Positions 22,171-36,109 of a stretch of 64,000 nt of DNA are shown here, piece after piece. This stretch comes from Macrostomum hystrix (Eukaryota > Animalia > Platyhelminthes). The stretch's first letter is position 1; every line of letters begins with the position of its first letter. The notes under the pieces were generated by a model that was given only the letters and a program-made list of their open reading frames with translations, was not told where the DNA came from and made no database searches. The position numbers and the translations under genes were made by a program. The DNA lies in contig CATNEN010000001.1 of assembly GCA_950097015.1 (NCBI GenBank), positions 25,358,001-25,422,000 on the forward strand. Direction: 5' to 3'.

Positions 22171-23674
22171 GGGGCTGGTCTTCACTTTTTACCACCATTG
22201 AAGATTTGTATTGTCCGCCACAATAGCATCGTGACTGATTTGTACTATTATCGTGAGAAAGTCTCCCTTACCAGTTGGTAAGGCTAGTTGATTCGAATAT
22301 TAAATAAAAATTCATCGATCAGTCCAGTAATTAAATTGGCACTTCTGCTTCTGTCATATCTTGTCTGCTGCAGCAAATTTGTAACTGTGCTACTGCTACA
22401 ATCGTTTTACTATTACTCTCTATACTGTTCTCTAATACATTCTTTCACGGGTGTGAGTCGTGAGCCCACCCCATGACACCCTAGCAGCCAAGACCAACAA
22501 AAGAAAAACTTGAAGACAGACCTCAAATGCCCGGGCAGGGGTGTTGAAAGTCTTTAAGCTCCAATAATTCAGTTGGACAATGTGCAAGCGAACGAGCGCA
22601 TGTGTTTCAAGCCAGAAGTTTTCTTCGAGTCACTGATAGTTGAAAATGAGATACTATATATACAAGCGTTTATATACAGTCCTGAGCTGACTGTGAGAAT
22701 ACCGGATCGTTGAGCACACTGACTCATTCTGCTCCCAGTAGAATGCCAAGGAGGCTAAGGAAGTCTAAAGCTTTCCATGTCTGCATGTGTAACTAATGCC
22801 TCCCACCCCTAGGCAAACAGAAAGCAGTCCTGAACCTCTGAGTTCACCATTTACGAGCGTATATCCGCGAGCAGCTTTGGCCTGATGCTGATCTATGGTC
22901 ACTGCTACCGCCGCTGCTGAATTGAAGGATGCCGGAGTCTTGATGGGAATGGGCAGCATTGCCTCCTAGCTGGCTGCGGGTCTAGTGTCAGCAGATGATG
23001 TGCCATTGCCTGCAGCCCTCATAAAAAAACTAAACCTATACAGTGAGCTGCGGTAGACAATACTAATCTTAAGTAAATAAACTTTAGAAAATGCAAAGAT
23101 ATAGTCTGCAGAGTGCACTACAGTACTGTTGCTATAATGTCAAACTAATTTCATAGCTATTAGCATCTAAAGTGCGACTGTCTTACAGACTGACTAAAAA
23201 TAAGTAATAACAGACACATAATGGTCTGGTCATGCGCTATTGCAGGTAGGTTACAGGCAAGCACAATTGTTGGCTAAATAGAAGCTGAGAAAGCCACAGA
23301 GCATACGGGCTCTGCAATTTACCGCACAGGTTTAGTCAGTGCAACAGCAGCTGTGATGGCTTTCACCGCAGCTTCCACTGACTCAGGAGCACAATGACTC
23401 AGTATCCTTCGACACCGCCACTCAGGTCAGCGGCGGCCCCTAATTAATAGGTTTTGAAATGCTTCGGAGACTTACATAAGCGCTGAGCAGTTGAGCGTGA
23501 GAATTTGTTTTTTTGCTCTGGTCTATGAGGCAGCAACAGACAGACAAGACAGGTAGGTAGATAAGGTAGAGGACTTCGCGGTAAGACCACTAGAATAGCC
23601 ATTGTAATGCAGGAATATTACTGCCAGCGCCTTGTGTAAGTCTCCGACGGGTGTCAGGACAGTGTCAGAGAGTG

Positions 23675-24677
23675 TCAGAGTGAGAGTGTGAGAGTGTGAG
23701 AGAGTGAGAGAGTAAGAGTGTGAGAGTGTGAGATTGTGATAGAGTAAGAGTGTGAGAGTGTGAGAGAGTGAGAGTGTGAGAGAGTGAGAGTGTGAGAGTG
23801 TGAGAGAGTGAGAGTGTGAGAGTGTGAAGGTGTGAGAGTGTGAAGGTGTGAGAGTGTGAGAGTGAGAGAGTGAGAGTGTGAGAGTGTGAGAGTGAGAGTG
23901 TGAGAGAGTGTGAGAGAGTGAGAGAGTGAGAGTGTGAGAGTGTGAGAGAGTGAGAGAGTGAGAGTGTGAGAGTGTGAGATTGTGATAGAGTGATAGAGTG
24001 AGAGAGTGAGAGAGTGAGAGAGTAAGAGTGTGAGAGTGTGAGAGTGTGATAGAGTGATAGAGTGAGAGAGTGAGAGAGTGAGAGAGTAAGAGTGTGAGAG
24101 AGTGAGAGAGTGAGAGAGTGAGAGAGTGAGAGTGTGAGAGTGTGAGAGAGTGAGAGTGAGAGTGTGAGAGTGTGAGAGTGTGAGAGAGTGAGAGTGTGAG
24201 AGAGTGAGAGTGTGAGAGTGTGAGAGTGAGAGAGTGTGAGAGTGTGAGTGTGAGAGAGTGAGAGTGTGAGAGTGTGAGAGTGAGAGAGTGTGAGAGTGTG
24301 AGAGTGTGAGAGAGTGAGAGTGTGAGAGTGTGAGAGTGAGAGAGTGTGAGAGTGTGAGTGTGAGAGAGTGAGAGTGTGAGAGTGTGAGAGTGAGAGAGTG
24401 TGAGAGTGTGAGTGTGAGAGAGTGAGAGTGTGAGAGTGTGAGAGTGTGAGTGTGAGAGAGTGAGAGAGTGAGAGTGTGAGAGTGTGAGAGTGAGAGAGTG
24501 TGAGAGTGTGAGTGTGAGAGAGTGAGAGTGTGAGAGTGTGAGAGTGTGAGAGAATGAGAGAGTGAGAGTGTGAGAGTGTGAGAGTGTGAGAGAATGAGAG
24601 AGTGAGAGTGTGAGAGTGTGAGAGAGTGAGAGTGTGAGAGTGTGAGAGTGAGAGTGTGAGAGTGAGAGAGTGTGAGA
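23675..24677. repeat. Degenerate (GAGAGT/GT)n microsatellite, about 1 kb
   Basis: Almost only G, A and T in GA/GT steps. Confidence 0.95.
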
Positions 24678-25542
24678 ATATTGGAGGATGTGTTCAGGGA
24701 GACATTGAGACAGAAATCTCTTTGAACTAAATTAATTTCCTTGCTAACAAGCAAAGCGTTCCGCACTCAGCGTGTGAAAATCGAATTCATAAATTTATCT
24801 ATTTGAAATAAAAAATATCATTTTATAAGAGTTTATTTGCACTAAAACACATGTGGACAATGAAGACAAGAAAGGCAATGAAAACTTATTTCTTCATAAC
24901 TCTTAGAACTTAGCTGCTGTCCTAAAGGTCTGTGTTAAGCTAGGGTTCAGTGTATCTGCAGTGTGTGCTCAACAATTGTGAGACAATAGTGACCATGTCG
25001 CGAGCAAGCAGGCACAGAACTAATATAAGCTTATATGACAGCTATAAAAGCCCAATGCCACAGATGCATAGAGATTATCATCTCCTTACCACTTATTGAG
25101 GTGGGGGATGAGACTGTCTACCAGGCTGAGCAGTCTGATGCCACACGGTGATAACGGCACTGATAGCAATCACTGGCCCATATCCAATGCTGCCTGAGCA
25201 TTGTTGCGAGTGGGCTTTTCATTTTCTAATTTGAGAAGACTCAAAAATGCTCATTTTGGCGGCAAGCTCAGCGGGCGACCGGCAGACAGAGAAGAAATCG
25301 AAGGGCGGCAATTTAGGTCCTGAATCGATAAAGTACATTTGGGATAAATGGAATCAATTTGTTCGCGACATTTTCTTAGAAAAGTGGGCTTAAAATGCCT
25401 TCCCTTCAATTCGAATTCCTCAATTGAGCCAATGCTGGCGCTGTTCCCAAACAGAGGCTCCACTTGGGGCCAGATTCTTGAGCACTTTTAGAACCCCCTG
25501 CTCGCCCTATGCTCAGCTAGTTAAGTGTGATGCGATTTTAGC

Positions 25543-25718
25543 ATCTATCTGTATATCTATCCATCAATCAATCTATCTATCTATCTATCTATCTATCAAC
25601 CTATCTATCTATCTATCTATCCATCTATCTATCCATCTATCTATCCATCTATCTATCTATCTATCTATCTATATATCTATCTATCTATCTATCTATCTAT
25701 CTAACTAACTATCTATCC

Positions 25719-25793
<75 letters not shown>

Positions 25794-25834
25794 CATCTAT
25801 TAATCAATCAATCTATCTATCTATCTATCCATCA

Positions 25835-25886
<52 letters not shown>

Positions 25887-25890
25887 ATCT
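25543..25890. repeat. (TCTA)n / GATA microsatellite
   Basis: Directly visible. Confidence 0.97.
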
Positions 25891-26559
25891 TTCTGTATAT
25901 CTCAGACAGCTCGAATGCCAGAATTGGCAGCAATGGCTCCTGATTGGCTGCAGCTAGCCTCAGCCAATGAGAGCAGCCGGTCACAAGTTAACAGTTCAGC
26001 TATTAGAAAAAGTGCTTTTAAACTGTCCAACTCCGCCGCCACATTCTCTCCTTCATCATTCGGCTGTAGACTTGCGTTGAAGAGTTTTGTGTCAGCTCAT
26101 AGACACTCAGGCGGGACTCCAGAAGGCCAGTTTAAGCAGCAGACCAATTGTCTAATATTGCAAGCAGAAGAGAGATAAAATAACAGGAAAGGCAGTCGGA
26201 CTGAAAAAAAACTCCTTGCGACACAGACAATCAGAGTGCTGAGGCGGTGAGCGCTTGAAGCTTCACTCGGGTAAGCCATGAGCTTGAATAAACGACAATG
26301 CAATTCAACCACAAAAAATAGCATATACGTCAGAATGATTTTCAAATTTGCATCAATTCGAGTGCTAATATAGACATATAGACACAACATATGTTAAGAA
26401 TACTTGACAAATTCACAAATCCTGAGGCCATAAAAGTGATTTCATGTTTCTTAAATAACTAGTTTTTATTACTCTTTTGTAGCACCCGTGGGCTACTCTG
26501 AAAAACCCTGTCCCCTGTTCTCGCATTAGCTCTTTACTCAGCCTCCACCCCTCACTGCC

Positions 26560-27160
26560 CTCACTGCCCCTCTACCCGCCTGTCTACCCACTCTACCCCT
26601 CTCTCTACCCCTCTCTCTACCCCTCTCTCTATCTCTCTTCCCCTCTATCTACCCCTCCTCCCCTCTATCTACCCCTCTACCCCTCTTTTAAACCCTCTAC
26701 CCTTCTTTCTACCCCTCTACCCCTCTTTCTTACCCCTCACTCTACCCCTCTCTCTTACCCGTCTCTCTACCCCTCTCTCTACTCCGCTCTCTACCCCTCT
26801 CTCTACCCTCACTCATAACCCTCTCTCTAACGCTCTTCCCCTCTCTCTACCCCTCTCTCTACCCCTCTCTCTACCCCTCTCTCTACCCCTCTCTCTACCC
26901 CTCTCTCTACCCCTCTCTCTACCCCTCTCTCTACCCGTCTCTCCAACAAGAGCGAAACGCGTCTGGAGTTGCCTTGGTTCGAATCCGGATTTTATTTTTT
27001 TCGATACATATCGGAATCGATTCCAACATTAGATTTTTGAAATTCAATAGGAAGTGTCCTCTCTCCTCTCTCCTGCTCTCTCTCTCCCTCTTTTTACCCC
27101 TCTCTCTACCCCTCTCTCTACCCCTCTCTCTACCCCTCTTCACTCCTCTACCCTCTGTAC
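26560..27160. repeat. Pyrimidine-rich (ctctctctaccc)n repeat with a unique interruption at about 26945-27055
   Basis: 12-14 bp units. Confidence 0.85.
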
Positions 27161-28020
27161 TTCTCTTTCTATGTTTCTTCCAATTTCCCTTCAATGTCGA
27201 AGTCTGAGCATCCGCAATCAGTTTTATTTACATTTCTATATATATCTCCTTTGTATCTCCATTTCACAATTTCTCCATTTTCTTTCTCGTATTGTCTGCT
27301 ACTTTCAGTATCCTAGCAACAATATCGTTGCATTGTTCTATTCATACCTGTGCCACTAATTTGGCATTGTCTCTGATGAAGCTATTGACGTTTATTTTTG
27401 GCGGTCACTATAGCCATTGTTGCTTTGCAGTTAATAATTTCCCTTCTTTCAAATCCTCAGCGAATCCCACGTGTTGCACTTTTACTTATCCCAATTGTTC
27501 CAGCGGGCTCCCATCCAGCGCTAGGATTCCATTGGTCCGCAATCTGTCTTCCCTCTCTCTGATCCCGGTCAAACAGGCAGCAGAATGCTGCACTGCATCA
27601 AGTGGCTCCTCACGATTTATTGCCTCCGAGCTTCACCTTCCAATTCTTTCTCCTGACAGACCCGCGGAAGAAGAAGACAAGAAAATGGAATTAGTCCGGG
27701 TTCGTCAGGAAAACGATTGAGGCTAAACTGCGCAGAAAAGTGGACAGACCCGGCCCCCTGATTCACTCGCTCATTCTTCTTTTCAAGAAAACAACCCACG
27801 CTTTCTTAGAAAACTATCAGGCCGCAGCATCTGCTCATTTGTCATGGCGATGCCGAATGACACTGGGCAGCGGACAGTCTCCGCTTCGTCATCCTTTCTG
27901 GCAATGGCGGCAATCGGGAACAAACTAGAAATGCGTTGGGGACAATGCTGAACGAACTGAAAGCATTTTAAATAGTTTCACAGTCAGTTATAGGGAGTGG
28001 CGAGTGGCGACGGAAATCCA

Positions 28021-28308
28021 AGCAGAACTGGAGTAGGTTTTGGAGCAGACTGGAGTAGGTTTTGGAGCAGACTGGAGTAGGTTTTGGAGCAGAACTGGAG
28101 TAGGTTTTGGAGCAGAACTGGAGTAGGTTTTGGAGCAGAACTGGAGTAGGTTTTGGAGCAGAACTGGAGTAGGTTTTGGAGCAGAACTGGAGTAGGTTTT
28201 GGAGCAGAACTGGAGTAGGTTTTGGAGCAGAACTGGAGTAGGTTTTGGAGCAGAACTGGAGTAGGTTTTGGAGCCGAACTGGAGTAGATTTTGGAGCAGA
28301 ACTGGAGT
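28021..28308. repeat. 23-bp minisatellite (gcagaactggagtaggttttgga), about 12 copies
   Basis: 23-bp period. Confidence 0.95.
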
Positions 28309-28659
28309 TGGTAGAGTAGAAAGGAGCAGGATTCGGAGTAGACTTGTGTTGATATTTAAGGCATCATTTGCGTGTTCATGCGTTGAGTCCTTGGAGCCCC
28401 TATATTTGATGGATATTTGAATTATGGCTGCAAACAGGGACACAATGATTGCTGTATCTGCCTGCCAATTTGGCTGATGCAAATTAGTTTTAATATCTCA
28501 GGATTTCCCAGATCGTTCCAATTTAACCAAAATCAAGGCCGCGATCCTTTCAGTGATGTACTTTTGAGATTTCGCATGGGCACGGGACAGGGTGTTTAGT
28601 AATGCCAAATACAAATCGGTTAATCTTTTATCTCGCTCAACATAGCTCTAGCTCATATT

Positions 28660-29437
28660 TTCATCTCTCCAGTCTCGTCTCTCCCCTGGCTCATCTCTCC
28701 CTTGTCTCATCTCTCCCCTGTCTCATCTCTCCCTTGTCTCATCTCTCCCCTGTCTCATCTCTCCCCTGTCTCATCTCTCCCCTGTCTCATCTCTCCCCTG
28801 TCTCATCTCTCCCCTGTCTCATCTCTCCCCTGTCTCATCTCTCCCCTGTCTCATCTCTCCCCTGTCTCATCTCTCCCCTGTCTCATCTCTCCCCTGTCTC
28901 ATCTCTCCCCTGTCTCATCTCTCCCCTGTCTCATCTCTCCCCTGTCTCATCTCTCCCCTGTCTCATCTCTCCCCTGTCTCATCTCTCCCCTGTCTCATCT
29001 CTCCCCTGTCTCATCTCTCCCCTGTCTCATCTCTCCCCTGTCTCATCTCTCCCATGTCTCATCTCTCCCATGTCTCATCTCTCTCCGTCTTACCTCTCCC
29101 CTGCTTAATCTCTCCCGTGTCTAATCTCTCTCCTGTCTCATCTCTCCCCCGTTTCATCTCTCTCCCGTCTTACCTCTCCCCCCGCCTAATCTCTCCCATG
29201 TCTCATCTCTTCCCTGTCTCATCTCTCCCCTGTCTCATCTATCCCCTGTCTCATCTCTCCCCTGTCTCATCTCTCCCCTGTCTCATCTCTCTCCGTCTTA
29301 CCTCTCCCCCGCTTAATCTCTCCCGTGTCTAATCTTTCTCCTGTCTCATCTCTCCGCTGTCTCATCTCTCCCCTGCCTAATCTCTCCCGTGTCTCATCTC
29401 TCCCATGTCTCATCTCTCCCCTGTCTAATCTCTCCTC
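28660..29437. repeat. 16-bp minisatellite (tgtctcatctctcccc)
   Basis: Homogeneous core at 28745-29050 with degenerate edges. Confidence 0.95.
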
Positions 29438-29934
29438 TTATTTTACCTGCGTGCAACAGAGGCACAAAGGCCTCCCTGCCACTCCACACGGATCGCATGC
29501 CAACTGTCACCCCGCCCTGTCCAGTTTTGCCATCTAGCGGCGCAGAGGTTGAGAACAAGGCGCTGAGCACGGTGCGCATTCCCGTCGATAGCCAGGTGAA
29601 GCTGAAACAAATCCCGATCGGATGCCGAGCTGCCCCTCATCTCCCACAGCGGCATCTGAACTTCTGTTTTCCCCTTTTGATTACCCGCTCTCTCAAACCC
29701 CCCGAGTCTGATGGGATCATGAGCACCTGGACTCCCGGGGGATCAGATTGAAATGAAGGACTCACCGCCCCCGCCTCATCTCCTCCTTCCATTTTCGCGG
29801 ACGGTAGAAGAGTCCAAATCCCGCGACTGGTAAAAAACTTGTTTTATAATTTTATTTGCCAGGTCCCAGTAAGCCGAAATTCTTATTGATTTTTTCTAAA
29901 GGAATTTTTTTTCATTGAAACCTTTCCTATACTA

Positions 29935-30520
29935 AGCCATTTCTCCCATCTTGTCTCATCTCATTTTTCTTCCCAGTCTCACCCTCCTGTCTCACTCCGT
30001 CTACTCTTTCCAGTCTACTCTCACCCCATTTCTCCCTCCAATCTCACCCCATTTCTCCCTCCAATCTCACCCCATTTCACTCTCCAATCTCACCCCATTT
30101 ATCTCCTCCTGTCTCATCCCATTTCTCCCTCCAATCTCACCTCATTTCTCTCCTCCAATCTCACCCCATTTCTCCCTCCAATCTCACCCCTTTCACTCTC
30201 TAATTTCACCCCATTTCTCTCCTCCTGTGTCACCCCATTTCTCCCTCCAATCTCACCTCATATCTACCCCCCAATCTCACCCCATTTTTCTCCTCCAATC
30301 TCACCCCATTTTTCCCTCCAATCTCACCCCATTTTTCCCTCCAATCTCACCTCATTTCTCCCCTTCAATCTCACCTCATTTCTCCCTCCAATCTCACCTC
30401 ATTTCTCCCTCCAATCTCACCCCATTTCTCCCTCCAATCTCACCCTATTTCTCCCTTCTGTCTCACCCTATTTCTCCCTCCTATCTCACTCCGCTTTCCC
30501 CCCCACCCTAAATCTCCCAT
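29935..30520. repeat. Degenerate ~23-bp repeat (ccaatctcaccccatttctccct)
   Basis: Tandem pyrimidine-rich units. Confidence 0.85.
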
Positions 30521-31216
30521 TTGATTCGCACCGCATTTCCTATTTCTCTCTGAGGCGCACAATAGTTGCAGAGCATGGTGAGCATACTGAGCAACGAACA
30601 CAGACACAAGTTCCTGCTCAATCGGCACCAGACCTCAACCAACACAGAGTCCTTCTTAGCCAACCAATTTAGTATTCTCCGATGCAAATCAAATTCTGGT
30701 GAGCTGTGGGGTGGTTGTGGGGGGTAGGAAGGTTGAGAAGAAAGGGCTTAGCAAATTTTCTTCAACATTCAGCTTCTTCGAGACACTCGGTGCGTTTCGC
30801 TTCCCAGATCCTTCGGGATTCTTTGAGCTCCGCCCCCCCAGCCAAACTTCCTCCTCGCGGACTTGAGTCGGACTCAGTAGACAGCTCTGGGCAGCCGGAA
30901 CTTCCTCCGTCATTAGCCTTTTCAACTTGAGAGGGACGACAGCTCAGGACAGACAGGTCGACCATTGTGGGGTCAGCACAACAGCCGAATTGTATACTTT
31001 GTGAGGCCTGAAGTCAAAGTCAAAGGGACACGGTTAAACTTATTGCCGTGTATAAGTTGAAGTAGCGATAAGACACTTGCCAGTTGCTATTTAAAAGCAA
31101 ATTTTCTGAGTTGATTTTCTTTTAGTTTTTTTGCAAAGTGACTTGATTTTAGCAATCGAGTGTGCGCACTTGAAAACTATTTGAGTAGCAGACAGATAGT
31201 CAGCAAGGAGACTATA

Positions 31217-32995
31217 GGGTGAGGAGAGAGGGTGAGGAGAGAGGGTGAGGAGAGAGGGTGAGGAGAGAGGGTGAGGAGAGAGGGTGAGGAGAGAGGGTGA
31301 GGAGAGAGGGTGAGGAGAGAGGGTGAGGAGAGAGGGTGAGGAAAGAGGGTGAGGAGAGAGGGTGAGGAGAGAGGGTGAGGAAAGAGGGTGAGGAGAGAGG
31401 GTGAGGAGTGAGGGTGAGGAGAGAGGGTGAGGAAAGAGGGTGAGGAGAGAGGGTGAGGAGTGAGGGTGAGGAGAGAGGGTAAGGAAAGAGGGTGAGGAGA
31501 GAGGGTGAGGAGAGAGGGTAAGGAGAGAGGGTGAGGAGAGAGGGTGAGGAGAGAGGGCGAGAAGAGAGGGTGAGGAGAGAGGGCGAGAAGAGAGGGTGAG
31601 GAGAGAGGGTGAGGAGAGAGGGCGAGAAGAGAGGGTGAGGAGAGAGGGCGAGAAGAGAGGGTGAGGAGAGAGGGTGAGGAGAGAGGGCGAGAAGAGAGGG
31701 TGAGGAGAGAGGGCGAGAAGAGAGGGTGAGGAGAGAGGGTGAGGAGAGAGGGTGAGGAAAGAGGGTGAGGAGAGAGGGTGAGGAGAGAGGGTGAGGAAAG
31801 AGGGTGAGGAGAGAGGGTGAGGAGTGAGGGTGAGGAGAGAGGGTGAGGAAAGAGGGTGAGGAGAGAGGGTGAGGAGTGAGGGTGAGGAGAGAGGGTAAGG
31901 AAAGAGGGTGAGGAGAGAGGGTGAGGAGAGAGGGTAAGGAGAGAGGGTGAGGAGAGAGGGTGAGGAGAGAGGGCGAGAAGAGAGGGTGAGGAGAGAGGGC
32001 GAGAAGAGAGGGTGAGGAGAGAGGGTGAGGAGAGAGGGCGAGAAGAGAGGGTGAGGAGAGAGGGCGAGAAGAGAGGGTGAGGAGAGAGGGTGAGGAGAGA
32101 GGGCGAGAAGAGAGGGTGAGGAGAGAGGGCGAGAAGAGAGGGTGAGGAGAGAGGGTGAGGAGAGAGGGTGAGGAGAGAGGGCGAGAAGAGAGGGTGAGGA
32201 GAGAGGGTGAGGAGAGAGGGCGAGAAGAGAGGGTGAGGAGAGAGGGCGAGAAGAGAGGGTGAGGAGAGAGGGTGAGGAGAGAGGGCGAGAAGAGAGGGTG
32301 AGGAGAGAGGGTGAGGAGAGAGGGCGAGAAGAGAGGGTGAGGAGAGAGGGCGAGAAGAGAGGGTGAGGAGAGAGGGTGAGGAGAGAGGGCGAGAAGAGAG
32401 GGTGAGGAGAGAGGGCGAGAAGAGAGGGTGAGGAGAGAGGGCGAGAAGAGAGGGTGAGGAGAGAGGGCGAGAAGAGAGGGTGAGGAGAGAGGGTGAGGAG
32501 AGAGGGCGAGAAGAGAGGGTGAGGAGAGAGGGCGAGAAGAGAGGGTGAGGAGAGAGGGTGAGGAGAGAGGGCGAGAAGAGAGGGTGAGGAGAGAGGGCGA
32601 GAAGAGAGGGTGAGGAGAGAGGGTGAGGAGAGAGGGCGAGAAGAGAGGGTGGGGAGAGATGGTGAGGAGAGAGGGTGAGGAGAGAGGGTGAGGAGAGAGG
32701 GTGGGGAGAGAGGGCGAGAAGAGAGGGTGGGGAGAGAGGGCGAGAAGAGAGGGCGAGAAGAGAGGGTGAGGAGAGAGGGTGAGGAGAGAGGGCGAGAAGA
32801 GAGGGTGGGGAGAGATGGTGAGGAGAGAGGGTGAGGAGAGAGGGTGAGGAGAGAGGGTGGGGAGAGAGGGCGAGAAGAGAGGGTGGGGAGAGAGGGCGAG
32901 AAGAGAGGGTGAGGAGAGAGGGTGAGGAGAGAGGGCGAGGAGAGAGGGTGAGGAGTGAGGGTGAGGAGAGAGGGTGAGGAGAGAGGGTGAGGGGA
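31217..32995. repeat. 13-bp purine-rich minisatellite (gagggtgaggaga / gagggcgagaaga), about 135 copies
   Basis: 13-bp period, two main variants and a 416-bp block duplication. Confidence 0.97.
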
Positions 32996-33674
32996 GTGGG
33001 TGGTGTCAAAAGGGAAAAAGGGCGAAGTAGCGAATGAGTAAAAGTTGAGATTTTTATTTATTACGACTTAGTTGTTTTCGTTTGCTAGTTTGTTATTTTA
33101 TACAGTTAGAGTTGCTGTATAAAATATCTAAAAAGCATTTTTACCTTTTCACCTCACTGGGTGAACAATGCGTCAGTGGGTGCCTGAACCCGCTTCATAA
33201 ATTAACTATTTTTCGCCGCAAGCAAACCAATTCGCTTGTAACATCTATCGTACGAGATTTCTAACGCATTCGTTCTCAAAGCAATTAGAATTGGGCAGTG
33301 CGATATGAATTAGACTGTTGCTTTTGTGCTTTGTCGGTTTAGAAGCCATTGTGAAGCAGCACCAGTTGAGCACCCTGCCCTGTGCCTGACGACAAACTCG
33401 CTGAATTGTAAATTTGTCAGCTCAAGAATAGTTTGAAAATGTTCTCTATCTCTATTGGCTAAATCTCTCACACAATCTACAGGTGTAGTTGAGTTTTGCT
33501 GCTTTTTTACCATTAAAATATTCTCAAGGCAATAAAATTTAGTCCGTAGCTGTTGGAGCTCATTGGCCTTACAGGTGTAACTTGCTTGTAGATTTTATTT
33601 GCTATCTCTTCTTTAAAGAGATGAGCATAGCAGACTAGTAGCAGAACATTGAAGAAACAACTAGTGGGTGGTGG

Positions 33675-35160
33675 TGCATCAATGAAACATGGACTAGTTG
33701 TCGGTACATCAAAGAAACATGGACTCGTTTATCGGTACATCAAAGAAACATGGACTCGTTATCGGTGCATCAAAGAAACATGGACTCGTTGTCGGTACAT
33801 CAAAGAAACATGGACTCGTTGTCGGTACATCAAAGAAACATGGACTCGTTGTCGGTACATCAAAGAAACATGGACTAGTACATCAAAGAAACATGGACTA
33901 GTTGTCGGTACATCAAAGAAACATGGACTCGTTGTCGGTACATCAAAGAAACATGGACTCGTTGTCGGTACATCAAAGAAACACGGACTCGTTGTCGGTA
34001 CATCAAAGAAACATGGACTCGTTTATCGGTACCGTTTATCGGTACATCAAAGAAACATGGACTCGTTGTCGGTACATCAAAGAAACATGGACTCGTTGTC
34101 GGTACATCAAAGAAACATGGACTCGTTGTCGGTACATCAAAGAAACATGGACTAGTTTATCGGTACATCAAAGAAACATGGACTAGTTGTCGGTACATCA
34201 AAGAAACATGGACTCGTTTATCGGTACATCAAAGAAACATGGACTCGTTATCGGTGCATCAAAGAAACATGGACTAGTTTATCGGTACATCAAAGAAACA
34301 TGGACTCGTTGACGGTACATCAAAGAAACATGGACTCGTTGACGGTACATCAAAGAAACATGGACTCGTTGTCGGTACATCAAAGAAACATGGACTCGTT
34401 GTCGGTACATCAAAGAAACATGGACTCGTTGTCGGTACATCAAAGAAACATGGACTAGTTGTCGGTACATCAAAGAAACATTGACTCGTTTATCGGTACC
34501 GTTTATCGGTACATCAAAGAAACATGGACTCGTTGTCGGTACATCAAAGAAACATGGACTCGTTTATCGGTACATCAAAGAAACATGGACTAGTTGTCGG
34601 TACATCAAAGAAACATGGACTCGTTGTCGGTACATCAAAGAAACATGGACTCGTTGTCGGTACATCAAAGAAACATGGACTCGTTGTCGGTACATCAAAG
34701 AAACATGGACTCGTTTATCGGTACCGTTTATCGGTACATCAAAGAAACATGGACTCGTTGTCGGTACATCAAAGAAACATGGACTCGTTGTCGGTACATC
34801 AAAGAAACATGGACTCGTTTATCGGTACCGTTTATCGGTACATCAAAGAAACATGGACTCGTTGTCGGTACATCAAAGAAACATGGACTCGTTGTCGGTA
34901 CATCAAAGAAACATGGACTCGTTTATCGGTACCGTTTATCGGTACATCAAAGAAACATGGACTCGTTGTCGGTACATCAAAGAAACATGGACTCGTTTAT
35001 CGGTACATCAAAGAAACATGGACTAGTTGTCGGTACATCAAAGAAACATGGACTCGTTGTCGGTACATCAAAGAAACATGGACTCGTTGACGGTACATCA
35101 AAGAAACACTGACTAGTTGTCGGTACATCAAAGAAACATGGACTAGTTTATCGGTACATC
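33675..35160. repeat. 30-bp minisatellite (gtcggtacatcaaagaaacatggactcgtt), about 45-48 copies
   Basis: 30/31-bp period with recurrent cggtaccgttta insert variants. Confidence 0.97.
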
Positions 35161-36109
35161 ACAGAGTACATACATCCCTGAATAGTTGATAATACACCGA
35201 AAACATGAACTGGTTGGTGTAGGTACATCTAAGTGACACGCAGTGGGTTCTTAACTAAAAATGTTGGAATAATTCGGTTTCCACTATCACTCAAAAGTAC
35301 TTTAACGCCTCATCTTAATCATATTTTTATTGAGATAAGATTGGAGACATCAAATTAGCAATCCGCAACAGGGCCAAAGTACATTGTGACCAATAACCTA
35401 GACGGATGTAGCATTAAATGCTCCTGACTTTGACTCGGTTCTGCTGGCAGTCCAAGCGTGACAAAAGCTTGGGCCCGGCTGGCTGGCTGGCTGGCTGGCT
35501 GGCTGTAGAGTTCGACTGCTGGGTGCATTGCTCAAGAGGACACACGAGCCGGACCTGCCCTCCGGGCTCACGGATACCCATGTGGTGGGGGCACGAGGCG
35601 ATGTTCTGGCCAGCCGTGTATAGATAGGCCAATATCATGTGACTTCTTTCGATTTTAATCTCGTACTGAGTAGCATTGCGAGTGAGTGTGTGTACCTATT
35701 TTAGCTGTCTTGCTTGAAGTCCCAGCTCTGACGGACACGGAGATGGAATGCAGTCCAGGGGAAATCCAGAAAATTTGCCCTGGGGCGACTTGCCCGCACA
35801 CACACACACAGGGATCCTGACCGAAGATGATTATCAATCCGTGTGTTCTCACAATCTCACCCAACAACGCGGCACAACCAGTCTGAACTCAACTTCATAG
35901 TCCTTGATCAGGGAAGAGAAGGATTGCATTTTTTTAGATTGTTTGGAAAATTTGAAGATTTTCTTCAAACTGAAAGTGATTTAAAGTGCTCATAGTTTTA
36001 CTGAACTCAACTTTGAGGACCCTATTAAAATGGAATTGATCGAAAAAATTCAATGATCTTTAGGGTTCGATTTGAACGGAATCCTTTAAAACTAAATGTA
36101 GATGTAATG

